Assembly: GCA_964389135.1 (NCBI GenBank)
Contig: CAYMDA010000019.1
Location: 9,103-73,102 of the forward strand
From: an uncultured Verrucomicrobiota bacterium
GTDB lineage: Bacteria > Verrucomicrobiota > Verrucomicrobiia > Limisphaerales > CAIMTB01
Direction of reading: 5' to 3'
DNA: 64,000 nt
The translations under genes were made by a program, and so were the position numbers. The notes under the pieces are model-generated. The model did not search any database, was not told where the DNA came from, and saw only the letters and a program-made list of their open reading frames with translations. Of this stretch, positions 54,138 to 64,000 are shown in pieces. The stretch's first letter is position 1, and the number at the start of each line of letters is the position of its first letter.

Positions 54138-57100
54138 ATGACTACGAGTGAACTGCTGGACCGCCTTCGGCGGCTGGATGTCCGTCTCTGGCTGGAGAAC
54201 GGGAAACTGAAGTGCAGCGCGCCGAAGAACGTGCTGACGGCGGAGCTGCAGGCGGCGATCTCGGCAAGCAAGCCCGAGATCATGGAGCTGCTTCGGTCCG
54301 GCTCACCGGACGTGCATGGACCTGCGGGGGGATCCGACGACGGCGCGCTCTCGACCGCGCAGATGCGGATCTGGTTCCTGACGCAGATCGATCCGGAAGG
54401 GCTTGCCTACAACAACGGCGTGGGCGTGCGCATCCGCGGGCCGCTCGATGTGGCCGCGCTGTCGAACGCCTTCCGCATCCTCGTGAACCGGCATGAATCG
54501 CTGCGGACCGTGTTCCCTTCCTCGGGGGGGCAGCCGCGGGCCGTGGTGCGTCCCCCGGGGGATTTCGAGCTGCCCGTGATCGATGCGACGGACACGGCGG
54601 ACGACGAGGAGAGGCAGTTGCAGCTCCTGCGCGCCCGCATCGATCAGCCGTACAGCATCGCGGAAGGCCCGCTGTTCCGGCCCGAGCTGATTCGAATCGG
54701 TCCCGACCACCATGTGCTCCTGCTGGAGATGCATCACATGGTGTCGGACGGCTGGTCGATGAACCTGCTGTTCCAGGACCTGACCGCGGCCTACAACGCG
54801 CTCGCGCGCGGGGAGGAGGTCCTGCTGCCGGCGCTCAAGGGCAGCTACCGCGATTACGTTCGCAGCGAGCGCGCGTATCTCGAGGGCCCTGCCTACAAGG
54901 AAACCGCGGCGTACTGGCGTGAGCGCCTGGCCAACGTCCCCGTCCTCGAGCTTCCGACCGACCGCCCCCGTCCGGACATGCAGACCACGCGCGGCTCGGC
55001 CGTGACGGCGCTGCTTTCGCCTGAACTCGCCGAGCGGGTGAAGCAGATCGGACGCGCGCATTCCACGACTCCGTTCGTGGTGTTGCTCGCGGCGTACAAG
55101 GCGCTCCTCGCCCGCCACAGCGGGCAGACGGACTTCGCGGTGGGAACGCCGTTCGCCAACCGAGACAGCGAGAACACCGACGTGATCGGGCTGTTCATCA
55201 ACATGCTCGCCCTTCGGACGGACGTTTCCGGCGATCCCACCTTCAGCGAGCTGATCGGCCGCGTCCGGGAGACGAGCTCCGGCGCCATGTCGCACTCCGG
55301 GATGCCTTTCGAACGGCTGCTCGATGTGCTGTCCATCCCGCGGAGCACGCGCGTCCCGCCGGTGTTCCAGGTGATGTTCAACTATCACAGCTATCCGTTC
55401 GAGCTGCCCGGGATCCACGGCCTCGAGGCCTCGCCTGTCACGGCGCCGGGCGGAAGCTCGAAGTTCGAGATCACCCTGGAACTGCAGGAAACCCCGGATG
55501 GTCTGAGGCTCTTTTTCGAGTACAACACGGACCTGTTCGACCGCGTGACCGCCGAACGGATGGTCCGCGCCTACGAAATCCTCCTGGATCAGGTTCTCTC
55601 CCGGCCTGAACTCCCCCTTTCGAAGATCCGGCTGCTGGACGAGGCGGGGCGCGCGGAGGTCCTGCACATGGGCCGGGGCGCCGATGTGACGTGGGACGGC
55701 CCCGCGTGCGCCCACGACTGGTTCGCCGCCCGCGCTCGAATGCACCCCGACGCCGCGGCCGTGAGCATGGGCGATCGGAGGATGACCTATGCCGAGCTCG
55801 ACGCCCGCTCCTCGGCGCTGGCGCGTTCGCTCGTCGCGCGCGGCGTGCAGCGTGGAACACTCGTCGGCATCTGCATGGAGCGCGGCCCGGACATGGTGGC
55901 CGCGCTGCTCGCCGTCTGGAAGGCGGGCGCCGCGTACCTGCCGCTCGATCCGGCGTTCCCGGCGGACCGCCTGAAGTTCATGGCCGAGGACGCCCGCCTC
56001 TCGCTGGTGCTGACGCAGGCGCCGCTGCGGGAACGCGTCTCTGGAACGTTCGAAACGGTGCTGCTCGATCACGAGGACGCATGGCGTGACGACGCGCGCG
56101 CGGAACTCCCGCGGACGGATGGCGGCGATCTTGCGTACATCCTCTACACGTCCGGCTCGACCGGGCGCCCGAAGGGCACGCTGATCGAGCACAGGGCGTT
56201 CACCAATTTCCTGAAGTCGATGGAGCAGTGCCCGGGCATGCGCACCGGCGAGCGGCTGCTCTCCGTGACGACCCTGTCCTTCGACATCGCGGGCCTCGAA
56301 CTCTGGCTGCCGCTGATCGTCGGCGGCGAGGTGCTGCTGGTGAGCCGTGAAGTGGCGGCCCACGGCGCGCGCCTGCTGGAGGCCCTCGAGACGTTGAAGC
56401 CGGACATCTTTCAGGCGACCCCGGTCACATGGAAGATGCTCATCGAGGCGGGGTGGAAGGGCACCCCCGGACTGCGCGCGCTTTGCGGCGGCGAGGCGAT
56501 GAGCCGGGAGCTGGCTCGCGAGCTGACCTCGCGGTGTGCCCGGGTGTGGAACATGTACGGCCCGACCGAGACCACCGTGTGGTCCACGCTCGCCGAGATC
56601 ACACCGCAGACCGACATCATCACGATCGGGCGGCCCATCGCGAACACGCAGGTGTACGTGCTGGACGGCAACGTCGAGCCGGTGCCCGTCGGCATGAGCG
56701 GAGAGCTCTACATCGGCGGCGACGGACTCGCGCGCGCGTACTGGAACCGGCCCGACCTCACGGCGGAACGGTTCGTGCCGAATCCCTTCGGGCCCGGGCG
56801 GCTCTATCGGACGGGTGACCTTGCACGGTTCCGCTCGGACGGCGTGCTCGAGTGCCTCGGGCGCATGGATCACCAGGTGAAGGTGCGCGGCTATCGCATC
56901 GAACTCGGCGAGATCGAGTCCCGCCTGCTGGAGCATCCGGCCGTGCGCGACGCCGTCGTGGTGGCGGCGGGCGACGGGGCCGACCGGTTCCTCGCCGCGT
57001 ACATGATCCGCGCGGGCGAGGCGACGCCCGCCGTGAGCGAGCTGCGCGCGCACCTTTCGGCGCGCCTGCCGGACTACATGGTCCCGACGGCCTACGTGTT

Positions 57101-57440
57101 CATGGAGGCCTTTCCGCAGACGCCGAACGGCAAGATCGACCGGAAGGCGCTGCCCGCTCCGCAGACTTCGGCAGTGGAGGCGGGCACCGAGTTCCGCGCG
57201 GCCCAGAGCCCCACGCAGGCCATGCTCGTGGAGGTGCTGCGCGGGATCCTGAAGGTGGACCGCATCGGGGTGAGGGACAACTTCTTCGACCTCGGCGCGC
57301 ACTCGCTCACGCTCGTGCGGGCGCACGACGCCGTCAGCCAGCGCGGCGGCAGGATCTCTCTCATCGACTTCTTCCAGTATCCGACGGTGGAGGCACTCGC
57401 CGCGCGGATCGACGGCGCCGCCGCGCCGGCGAGGAGCTGA
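54138..57440 (+). CDS. NRPS module: TubC_N/beta-hairpin docking-C-A(Gly)-T
   Basis: N-terminal 'LRRLDVRLWLENGKLKCSAP'; C 'HHMVSDG'; A 'YTSGSTGRPKG', 'FDIAGLE', 'QATP', 'MYGPTETTVWS' (code read as about DILQLGMVWK, Gly-type); T 'FFDLGAHSL'. Confidence 0.94.
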   Translation: MTTSELLDRLRRLDVRLWLENGKLKCSAPKNVLTAELQAAISASKPEIMELLRSGSPDVHGPAGGSDDGALSTAQMRIWFLTQIDPEGLAYNNGVGVRIRGPLDVAALSNAFRILVNRHESLRTVFPSSGGQPRAVVRPPGDFELPVIDATDTADDEERQLQLLRARIDQPYSIAEGPLFRPELIRIGPDHHVLLLEMHHMVSDGWSMNLLFQDLTAAYNALARGEEVLLPALKGSYRDYVRSERAYLEGPAYKETAAYWRERLANVPVLELPTDRPRPDMQTTRGSAVTALLSPELAERVKQIGRAHSTTPFVVLLAAYKALLARHSGQTDFAVGTPFANRDSENTDVIGLFINMLALRTDVSGDPTFSELIGRVRETSSGAMSHSGMPFERLLDVLSIPRSTRVPPVFQVMFNYHSYPFELPGIHGLEASPVTAPGGSSKFEITLELQETPDGLRLFFEYNTDLFDRVTAERMVRAYEILLDQVLSRPELPLSKIRLLDEAGRAEVLHMGRGADVTWDGPACAHDWFAARARMHPDAAAVSMGDRRMTYAELDARSSALARSLVARGVQRGTLVGICMERGPDMVAALLAVWKAGAAYLPLDPAFPADRLKFMAEDARLSLVLTQAPLRERVSGTFETVLLDHEDAWRDDARAELPRTDGGDLAYILYTSGSTGRPKGTLIEHRAFTNFLKSMEQCPGMRTGERLLSVTTLSFDIAGLELWLPLIVGGEVLLVSREVAAHGARLLEALETLKPDIFQATPVTWKMLIEAGWKGTPGLRALCGGEAMSRELARELTSRCARVWNMYGPTETTVWSTLAEITPQTDIITIGRPIANTQVYVLDGNVEPVPVGMSGELYIGGDGLARAYWNRPDLTAERFVPNPFGPGRLYRTGDLARFRSDGVLECLGRMDHQVKVRGYRIELGEIESRLLEHPAVRDAVVVAAGDGADRFLAAYMIRAGEATPAVSELRAHLSARLPDYMVPTAYVFMEAFPQTPNGKIDRKALPAPQTSAVEAGTEFRAAQSPTQAMLVEVLRGILKVDRIGVRDNFFDLGAHSLTLVRAHDAVSQRGGRISLIDFFQYPTVEALAARIDGAAAPARS

Positions 57441-57535
57441 AGGTGCCCGATCACAGGACAACGGGACGAGAGCATCGCGGGACCTCGGCGCCAGCCGGGC
57501 GGCTGGGCGGAGGGAACGACACTTCAAGGCAGGTC

Positions 57536-60500
57536 ATGGACTCATTCATCAGACAAGGCATCGCCATCATCGGCATGGCGGGACGTTTTCCCGGGGCCGC
57601 CAACGTGCGGCAGTTCTGGGACAACCTGACGGGCGGCGTCGAATCGGTCCGGCTGTTCACGGACGACGAACTCGCCGCCGCCGGTGTCGATCCCGGCCTG
57701 AGGAACCACCCCGAATACGTCCGCTCCGGAACGGACGTGAAGGATGCCGAGGCCTTCGACGCGGCCTTCTTCGGATACACGCCGCGCGAGGCGGAGATCA
57801 TGGACCCGCAGCAGAGGGTGTTTCTCGAGTGCGTATGGCATGCCCTCGAGAACGGCGGCTACGACCCGGGCACCTACCCCGGCCGCATCGGGCTGTACGC
57901 AGGCTCCGGAATGAACAGCTACCTCGTGCGCAACCTCCTCGGCTCCGAGGAGGTGCTCCGCGAGGCCGGGTCGTACCAGTTGATGCTGGGCAACGACAAG
58001 GACCACCTGACCACGCGCGTCGCGTACAAGCTGAACCTGCGCGGGCCCGCGGTCACGGTGCAGACGGCCTGCTCGACCTCGCTCGTCGCCGTCATCCAGG
58101 CGTGCCGAAGCCTCGCGGCGGGCGAGTGCGACATGGCCCTCGCCGGCGGGGTGTCGATCTCGTTCCCGCAGACCGAGGGTTACCTGTACGTCCCGGGCAT
58201 GATCCTGTCCCCGGACGGACATTGCCGGCCGTTCGACGCGGCGGCGCGCGGAACGGTCCCGGGCAAGGGCGCCGCCGTGGTGCTGCTGAAACCCCTCCCG
58301 CAGGCGCTCAACGACGGCGACTTCATCTATGCGGTGATCCGAGGCGCGGCGGCGAACAACGACGGTTCCGGAAAGGTGGGCTACTCCGCGCCGAGCGTGC
58401 AGGGGCAGGAGGAGGTGATCGTCGCCGCCCAGGAAATGGCGGGATTCGATCCGCGCTCCATCGGCTACGTGGAGGCGCACGGCACGGGAACGGAACTCGG
58501 CGACCCGATCGAGGTTCGCGCGCTGACTTCGGCGTTCCGGCGCGGCACCGCCGACTCGGGCTTCTGCGCGCTCGGGTCCGTGAAGAGCAACATCGGCCAT
58601 CTCGACGTCGCAGCGGGGGCGGCGGGACTGATCAAGTGCGCCCTGACGGTGCATCACGGCAGGATCCCTGCGACCGTTCACTTCAAGGAGCCGAATCCCC
58701 ACCTCGAGCTTTCCTCGAGTCCGTTCTTCGTGCCGCCGCGGACCGCGGAGTGGAACGGTGGAGGGCCCCGGCGGGCGGGCGTGAGTTCCTTCGGCATCGG
58801 CGGAACCAACGCGCACGTGTGCCTCGAGTCGGCCCCCGACCCGAAGGCCACCGGTCCCACTCGCGAATGCCAGTTGCTGGTGCTGTCGGCCGCCTCTGAG
58901 ACCGCGCTTGCCGCGGCGCGCGGGAACCTCGCGGCGCACCTCGAGCGTGACCCCGGCGTCTCGATGGATGATGTGGCGTACACGCTGCAGGTGGGACGCC
59001 GCGCATTTTCGCATCGCTGGACGGCCGTGTGCCACGACGCGGGCGAAGCCGTGGAACTGCTGCGCGCGCAGGGCGACGCGCCCGCGCGGACGTCCGGTGA
59101 ACCGGAGGTCGTGTTCCTCTTTCCCGGCCAGGGTTCGCAGCATCCCGGCATGGCTCTCCCGCTGTACGAAACGCAGCCGGTGGTTCGCCGGATCGTGGAC
59201 GAGTGCGCGGAGATCCTCCACGGTCCCCTCGGGCTGGACCTGCGTGACCTCCTGTGGGGCGGCTCGCCGGATTCGGCGGAGCGCCTGAACGAGACGCGCT
59301 ACGCGCAGCCGGCGCTGTTCGTGATCGAGTACGCGCTGGCGAAGTGGTGGATCGAACTCGGAATCCGCCCCGCCGCGCTGATCGGTCACAGCGTGGGAGA
59401 GTATGTCGCGGCCTGTCTTGCCGGCGTTTTCCCGCTGCGCGATGCCCTGCATCTCGTGGCGGAGCGCGGCCGGCTGATGCAGTCCATGGCCGAGGGCGCC
59501 ATGATGTCCGTGCCGCTTTCGGAAGCGGACGTGGTGCGTCGTCTGCCGCCCGGCCTCGAGATCGCGGCGGTGAACGGCCCCGCGATGACCGTCGTGTCCG
59601 GCCCGGTCGCGGCGATCGAGGCGTTGCACGGGTTGCTGACCGCCGAGGGCGTCTCCGCCAGCCGGCTGAAGACCTCACATGCGTTCCACTCGGCGGCGAT
59701 GGAGCCGATCCTCGCCGAATTCGAGGCGCGCGTGGCCGCCGTGCAGCGTTCCGAACCGAGCATTCCGATCATCTCGAACCTCACCGGCAAGCCCATGGCG
59801 CCGGGCATGGCGACGGAGGCGGGATACTGGCGACGGCATCTGCGGCACGCGGTTCGGTTCGGAGACGGTGTCGAAGGGCTCCTCGGGACCGGGGGCCGAT
59901 GCTTTCTCGAAGTCGGTCCGGGCACTGCCCTGACGACGCTTGTCCGGCAGGCGAACAGCCGGGAGAAGGCGCAGGCGGTCGTTTCGACGTTGCCGCATCC
60001 GCGCGAGAAGAGGACCGCGCTGGAGTCGGCTCTCGCCGCGGTGGGCCGCCTGTGGACGTGCGGCGCGCGCGTGAACTGGAAGGCGCTGCACGAGGGTGCC
60101 CCGAGGCGGCGGACGCCGCTGCCCGAGTATCCGTTTCAGCGGGTGCGCCACTGGGTGGAGCCGAAGCCCGCGAGGGCGGTGACCGTCGCGAAGCCGGCGG
60201 ATCTCACGCGGAAGGAGCTGGATGACTGGTTCTACATTCCGTCATGGCGGCAGACGCCGCCGGCGCGGGTCCTCGCGAGCGACGACACTCGCGGGAAACG
60301 GGTCGTGATCCTTGCCGATGGGCTCGGTTTGTCGGACCGCCTCGCGTCGGCGCTCGCGGAGCGCGGGTGGAAGCCGGTCCTTGTGCACCAGGGCGCGGGT
60401 TTTGCGCGGCGCGACGACGGGTCCTTTGAGGTGGATCCACGCCGGCCGGAGCATTTCGACGAGGTTTGCAGCTCCGTGGGCGGCGGCATCGGGGCGATCG

Positions 60501-62122
60501 TTCAGCTCTGGGGGCTCGCGATGAACCCGGGCGCGGGTGATGCCCCGCGGCTGCGGGAGATCGGGTTTTACCCGCTGCTCTGGCTCCTGCAGGCCTGCGT
60601 GCGGCGGGATCCCGAGGAGGCCCTGCGAGTCCATGCGGTCGTGTCGGGCGCCTTCGAGGTGATGGGCGAGGGAGTCCTGAACCCGGACGCCGCGGTGACG
60701 CTCGGACTCGTGAAGGCGCTGCCGTTCGAGGTGGCCCCCTTCAGGGCTTCCCTGATCGACATCCCGGCTGCGGACAAGGTGGACGCGGACGCGCTGGCGG
60801 CCGAGCTGGAAGTTCCCGCCACGGGCGACGTGGTGGCGTACCGGGCTGGTCAGCGGTGGGTGCGCGGCTATGAACCCGTCCGCCTCGGGGCGGTGGACGG
60901 CACTTCGCCCTCATGGAAGAAGGGCGGTGTTTACCTGATCACGGGCGGCCTCGGGGGCATCGGCCTCGTGCTTGCGGAGCACCTTGCAGGCACGTGCAGT
61001 GCGCGGCTGATCCTCACGGCCCGCACGCCGCTGCCGGAGCGCGAGCGCTGGGACGCGGTGCTCGCCCAGGAGCCGGAGGATCACCCGGTGGCCCGGCGGA
61101 TCCGGGCGGTCCGGCGGCTCGAGGCGCATGGATCGACCGTCATCGTGTCCGCGACCGACGCGGCGGATCGAGCGGCCATGAGCGCCCTCGCCGCGGAGGC
61201 GCGCGCCCGCTTTGGCGGCATCGACGGCGTCCTTCACGCCGCGGGAGCGATCGGCAATGCCAGCATTCCGGACGGGCAGACCGAACCGTTCGAGGAGATG
61301 TTCCTGCCCAAGGTCGAGGGCACCCGCGTCGTTCTCGACCTGTTCGGAAACTCCGAGGCGCGGTTCATCGTGCTGTTCTCATCGATCAGCACGGCGCTCG
61401 GCGGGATGACCCTCGGAGGTCACATGGCGGGATATGTTGCGGCCAACGCGTTCCAGGACGCCGTGGCCGCCACTCACGACGCGCGGAATGCCTCGTGCCG
61501 CGTGCTCGTCACGAACTGGGATTCGTGGAGGGAGACCGGCATGGCTGTGCGCAAGGATCCGGATCTCTCCGATGCCGCGGCCCGCCGCTTCGCGGAAACG
61601 ACCAAGACATGGGTTGGATCCGCCGAGGGGGTGGAAGCGCTGGAGCGGATCATGGCGGCGGGGTTGCCGCAGGTGATCGTGTCCACGCGCGACCTGAACC
61701 AGCGGATTGCCAGCCGGCGCATGACGGAACCGGCCGCGCCCGCAGCCGGCAATGCACCCTCCTCCGCGACGCCGTCGGCTGGTGCGGCCCCCTCGGCACC
61801 CGCCGCCGGGGAAAGCCGGAACGGCAGGGCGCTTGATCCCGTCGAGGCGGGGATCATCGACATCTGGAAGGACCTGATGGGCGTGAAGTCAATCCGCGCC
61901 GAAGACGACTTCTTCGAGCTCGGCGGGCATTCGCTGCTCGGAACGCAGGTCCTCGCGCGGGTGCGCAGCCGGTTCGGCGTGGCGCTTCCCCTGCGCGCGA
62001 TCTTCGAGGCAACGACTCCCGCCGCGATGGCGGACCTGATCCGATCGAGCACCGCGGGGGGTGGGCAGGACCCCGCGGGCGCCCCCGCAGAGGAAGGCGA
62101 GCGCGAGGAGATCGAACTGTGA
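57536..62122 (+). CDS. Hybrid-type PKS module 7: KS-AT-KR-carrier (accepts an aminoacyl intermediate)
   Basis: Hybrid KS signatures 'NDKD' and 'VQTACSTS'; AT 'GHSVG', 'HAFH'; KR 'TGGLGGIG', 'GYVAAN'; carrier 'FFELGGHSL'; ends 'EREEIEL'. Start ATG 57536 (alternative GTG 57443). Confidence 0.94.
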   Translation: MDSFIRQGIAIIGMAGRFPGAANVRQFWDNLTGGVESVRLFTDDELAAAGVDPGLRNHPEYVRSGTDVKDAEAFDAAFFGYTPREAEIMDPQQRVFLECVWHALENGGYDPGTYPGRIGLYAGSGMNSYLVRNLLGSEEVLREAGSYQLMLGNDKDHLTTRVAYKLNLRGPAVTVQTACSTSLVAVIQACRSLAAGECDMALAGGVSISFPQTEGYLYVPGMILSPDGHCRPFDAAARGTVPGKGAAVVLLKPLPQALNDGDFIYAVIRGAAANNDGSGKVGYSAPSVQGQEEVIVAAQEMAGFDPRSIGYVEAHGTGTELGDPIEVRALTSAFRRGTADSGFCALGSVKSNIGHLDVAAGAAGLIKCALTVHHGRIPATVHFKEPNPHLELSSSPFFVPPRTAEWNGGGPRRAGVSSFGIGGTNAHVCLESAPDPKATGPTRECQLLVLSAASETALAAARGNLAAHLERDPGVSMDDVAYTLQVGRRAFSHRWTAVCHDAGEAVELLRAQGDAPARTSGEPEVVFLFPGQGSQHPGMALPLYETQPVVRRIVDECAEILHGPLGLDLRDLLWGGSPDSAERLNETRYAQPALFVIEYALAKWWIELGIRPAALIGHSVGEYVAACLAGVFPLRDALHLVAERGRLMQSMAEGAMMSVPLSEADVVRRLPPGLEIAAVNGPAMTVVSGPVAAIEALHGLLTAEGVSASRLKTSHAFHSAAMEPILAEFEARVAAVQRSEPSIPIISNLTGKPMAPGMATEAGYWRRHLRHAVRFGDGVEGLLGTGGRCFLEVGPGTALTTLVRQANSREKAQAVVSTLPHPREKRTALESALAAVGRLWTCGARVNWKALHEGAPRRRTPLPEYPFQRVRHWVEPKPARAVTVAKPADLTRKELDDWFYIPSWRQTPPARVLASDDTRGKRVVILADGLGLSDRLASALAERGWKPVLVHQGAGFARRDDGSFEVDPRRPEHFDEVCSSVGGGIGAIVQLWGLAMNPGAGDAPRLREIGFYPLLWLLQACVRRDPEEALRVHAVVSGAFEVMGEGVLNPDAAVTLGLVKALPFEVAPFRASLIDIPAADKVDADALAAELEVPATGDVVAYRAGQRWVRGYEPVRLGAVDGTSPSWKKGGVYLITGGLGGIGLVLAEHLAGTCSARLILTARTPLPERERWDAVLAQEPEDHPVARRIRAVRRLEAHGSTVIVSATDAADRAAMSALAAEARARFGGIDGVLHAAGAIGNASIPDGQTEPFEEMFLPKVEGTRVVLDLFGNSEARFIVLFSSISTALGGMTLGGHMAGYVAANAFQDAVAATHDARNASCRVLVTNWDSWRETGMAVRKDPDLSDAAARRFAETTKTWVGSAEGVEALERIMAAGLPQVIVSTRDLNQRIASRRMTEPAAPAAGNAPSSATPSAGAAPSAPAAGESRNGRALDPVEAGIIDIWKDLMGVKSIRAEDDFFELGGHSLLGTQVLARVRSRFGVALPLRAIFEATTPAAMADLIRSSTAGGGQDPAGAPAEEGEREEIEL

Positions 62123-62175
62123 TCGAAGCCTCAGCCACGGCCAGGACGGGCCAGAACCACAAACACTCCCCGGGC

Positions 62176-64000
62176 ATGAACCGAGAAACCATCGACCTCA
62201 TGGACGAGCTGCGCCTTGCGGGCGTCCAGTTGTCCAGCCGGGACGGCCGTCTGCGCGTGAGCGCGCCGGCCGGACGGATGACGCCGGAGCTGCAGGAACG
62301 GCTGCGCCAGCACAAGGAGTCCATCCTTGAGGCGCTCTCGCGCGGTGCGCTGCCGCCGATCCCGATCACCGACCGTGGTGCGCCGATCCCCGTCAGCCTG
62401 AGCCAGCAGCGGCTCTGGCTGATGGACCGCATGGACCCCGGCAATCCCGCCTACAATCTCGTGCAGGCCCACAGGCTTCACGCGACGCTCGACACCGCGG
62501 TTCTCGAGAAAGCCCTGGTGCTGCTCGCGGAGCGCCATGAGACGCTGCGCACGACCTTCCACGACGAGGGTGGCGTGCCGGTTCAGCGGATCCACCCGTC
62601 CATGTCCTTCCCGGTCGATGTGCTGGATCTGCGCGACCTCCCCCCGGACCAGCGCGAGGCCGCGGCGGAGGAGCGGATCCGCAGGGAATCGCTGCATTCG
62701 TTCAACCTCGAGGAGGGGCCGCTCCTGCGGGCGCTGCGGATCCGGCTGGAGGATTCGGAGGAGTACCTCGTCTTCGTGCTGCACCACATCATCGCAGACG
62801 GATGGTCCATGCAGATCCTCCGCCGCGAGGTCGGTGCGCTGTACGAGGCGGTGTACACGGGCGCACCGAGCCCGCTGCCGCCGCTCCCGGTGCAGTTCGC
62901 GGACTACGCGGCATGGCATCGCAAGGCGGTCGAGGGCGAGGTCGAGCAGGCCGACGCGGAGTACTGGAGCCGCAAGCTGAGCGGCATCGAACCGGTGCTC
63001 GAACTCCCCACGGACCGTCCGCGGCCCCAGCAGCGCAGCCACGCGGGTGCCGTCCATCGCTTCAACGTGGACGCCGGGTTGACCAGGGAGCTCAACCGTG
63101 TCGCCCGGGCGAACGACGCCACGCTCTTCATGGCTCTCCTGTCGGCGTTCGCCACGCTCCTGCATCGCTACACCGGCAGCACCGACTTCTGCATCGGCGC
63201 GCCGGTGGCCGGCCGGACCCGTCCGGAGACCGAGCCGATGATCGCGATGCTCGTCAACACGGTCGTCCTGCGGATGGAACTCGAAGGCGATCCGACCTTC
63301 CGGGAACTGCTGGTCCGAAACCGGACGACCACGCTCGAGGCGCTCGAGCACCAGGCGCTCGGCTTCGAGAAGCTCATCACTCTGCTGGACGTCCCGCGGA
63401 GCACGGCGCACACGCCCGTGTTCCAGGTGTTCTTCGGCATGGAGGAGGTCAGCGCGGAGGACGAGGCGGGCGTCGTGCGCACCCTCGAGGTCAATCTGCC
63501 CACGGCAAAGTTCGATCTGACGGTGAACGTGGAGCATTCCACGAAGGGCCTGCGCGTCACGTTCGAGTACAGCACGGACCTGTTCAACGCCGACACGATC
63601 GAGCGCATGGCGGGCCACTTCGTGGAGCTGCTCCGGAGTGTCGTCGAAAGCCCTGCGGAAAGGATCTCGCGCCTCCGCCTGATGGGTGAGGAGGAGCGTC
63701 GCATGGTCCTGGAGCGATGGAACCCCGAGCCGACGACGTGGCAGGGCCCGGCGTGCGTCCACGAGGCAATCGGGGAGGCGGCGAGGCTCCGGCCGGGCGC
63801 GGTCGCCGTGAGCATGGGCGACCGGACGCTGACCTACGGGCAACTGATCGAGCGAGCCGACTGGCTCGCGCACCGCCTCGTGCACCACGGCGTCGGACTC
63901 GAGACGCTCGTGGGTGTCTGCATGGAGCGCTCGCCCGAGATGGTCATCGCGCTGCTCGCCATCTGGAAGGCCGGCGCCGCCTACGTGCCGCTGGACCCCG
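62176..64000 (+). CDS. Second NRPS (TubC_N docking-C-A...), truncated by the window edge; absent from the ORF track
   Basis: Translated by hand from ATG 62176 (or in-frame GTG 62119): 'MNRETIDLMDELRLAGVQLSSRDGRLRVSAP...SLSQQRLW...HHIIADGWS...LPTDRPRP...IWKAGAAYVPLDP', open to the window end. Confidence 0.92.
   Translation, partial: MNRETIDLMDELRLAGVQLSSRDGRLRVSAPAGRMTPELQERLRQHKESILEALSRGALPPIPITDRGAPIPVSLSQQRLWLMDRMDPGNPAYNLVQAHRLHATLDTAVLEKALVLLAERHETLRTTFHDEGGVPVQRIHPSMSFPVDVLDLRDLPPDQREAAAEERIRRESLHSFNLEEGPLLRALRIRLEDSEEYLVFVLHHIIADGWSMQILRREVGALYEAVYTGAPSPLPPLPVQFADYAAWHRKAVEGEVEQADAEYWSRKLSGIEPVLELPTDRPRPQQRSHAGAVHRFNVDAGLTRELNRVARANDATLFMALLSAFATLLHRYTGSTDFCIGAPVAGRTRPETEPMIAMLVNTVVLRMELEGDPTFRELLVRNRTTTLEALEHQALGFEKLITLLDVPRSTAHTPVFQVFFGMEEVSAEDEAGVVRTLEVNLPTAKFDLTVNVEHSTKGLRVTFEYSTDLFNADTIERMAGHFVELLRSVVESPAERISRLRLMGEEERRMVLERWNPEPTTWQGPACVHEAIGEAARLRPGAVAVSMGDRTLTYGQLIERADWLAHRLVHHGVGLETLVGVCMERSPEMVIALLAIWKAGAAYVPLDP

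Overview
GC-rich bacterial window with two tightly joined parts, almost all on the + strand. (1) 1-14.7 kb is a surface-glycan (EPS/capsule/LPS-type) locus: two GT4 glycosyltransferases, a CapK/PaaK-like adenylate-forming ligase, a GNAT, an ExoA-like GT2, a DegT-family sugar aminotransferase, a phosphoglycosyl transferase with an odd domain order, and a CapD/PglF-type dehydratase. A large secreted beta-helix/Ig-repeat/CBM-like protein interrupts it on the - strand. (2) From 14.7 kb past the right edge lies a hybrid cis-AT PKS/NRPS line: Sfp PPTase, type II TE, six single-module PKSs (three with C-methyltransferases, one with a dead AT), an EamA-like transporter, a free-standing C domain, a Gly-NRPS, a hybrid KS-AT-KR-T PKS, and a second NRPS that runs off the window and is absent from the ORF track. 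The PPTase starts 7 nt after the CapD stop, so the glycan-initiation genes and the PKS/NRPS look like one operon of more than 55 kb. Main hypothesis (inference): the line makes a methyl-branched polyketide-peptide that is attached to an amino sugar or glycan as a lipid anchor or decoration, with the free-standing C domain as adaptor or ligase. All domain calls come from reading motifs by eye. No database searches were run.
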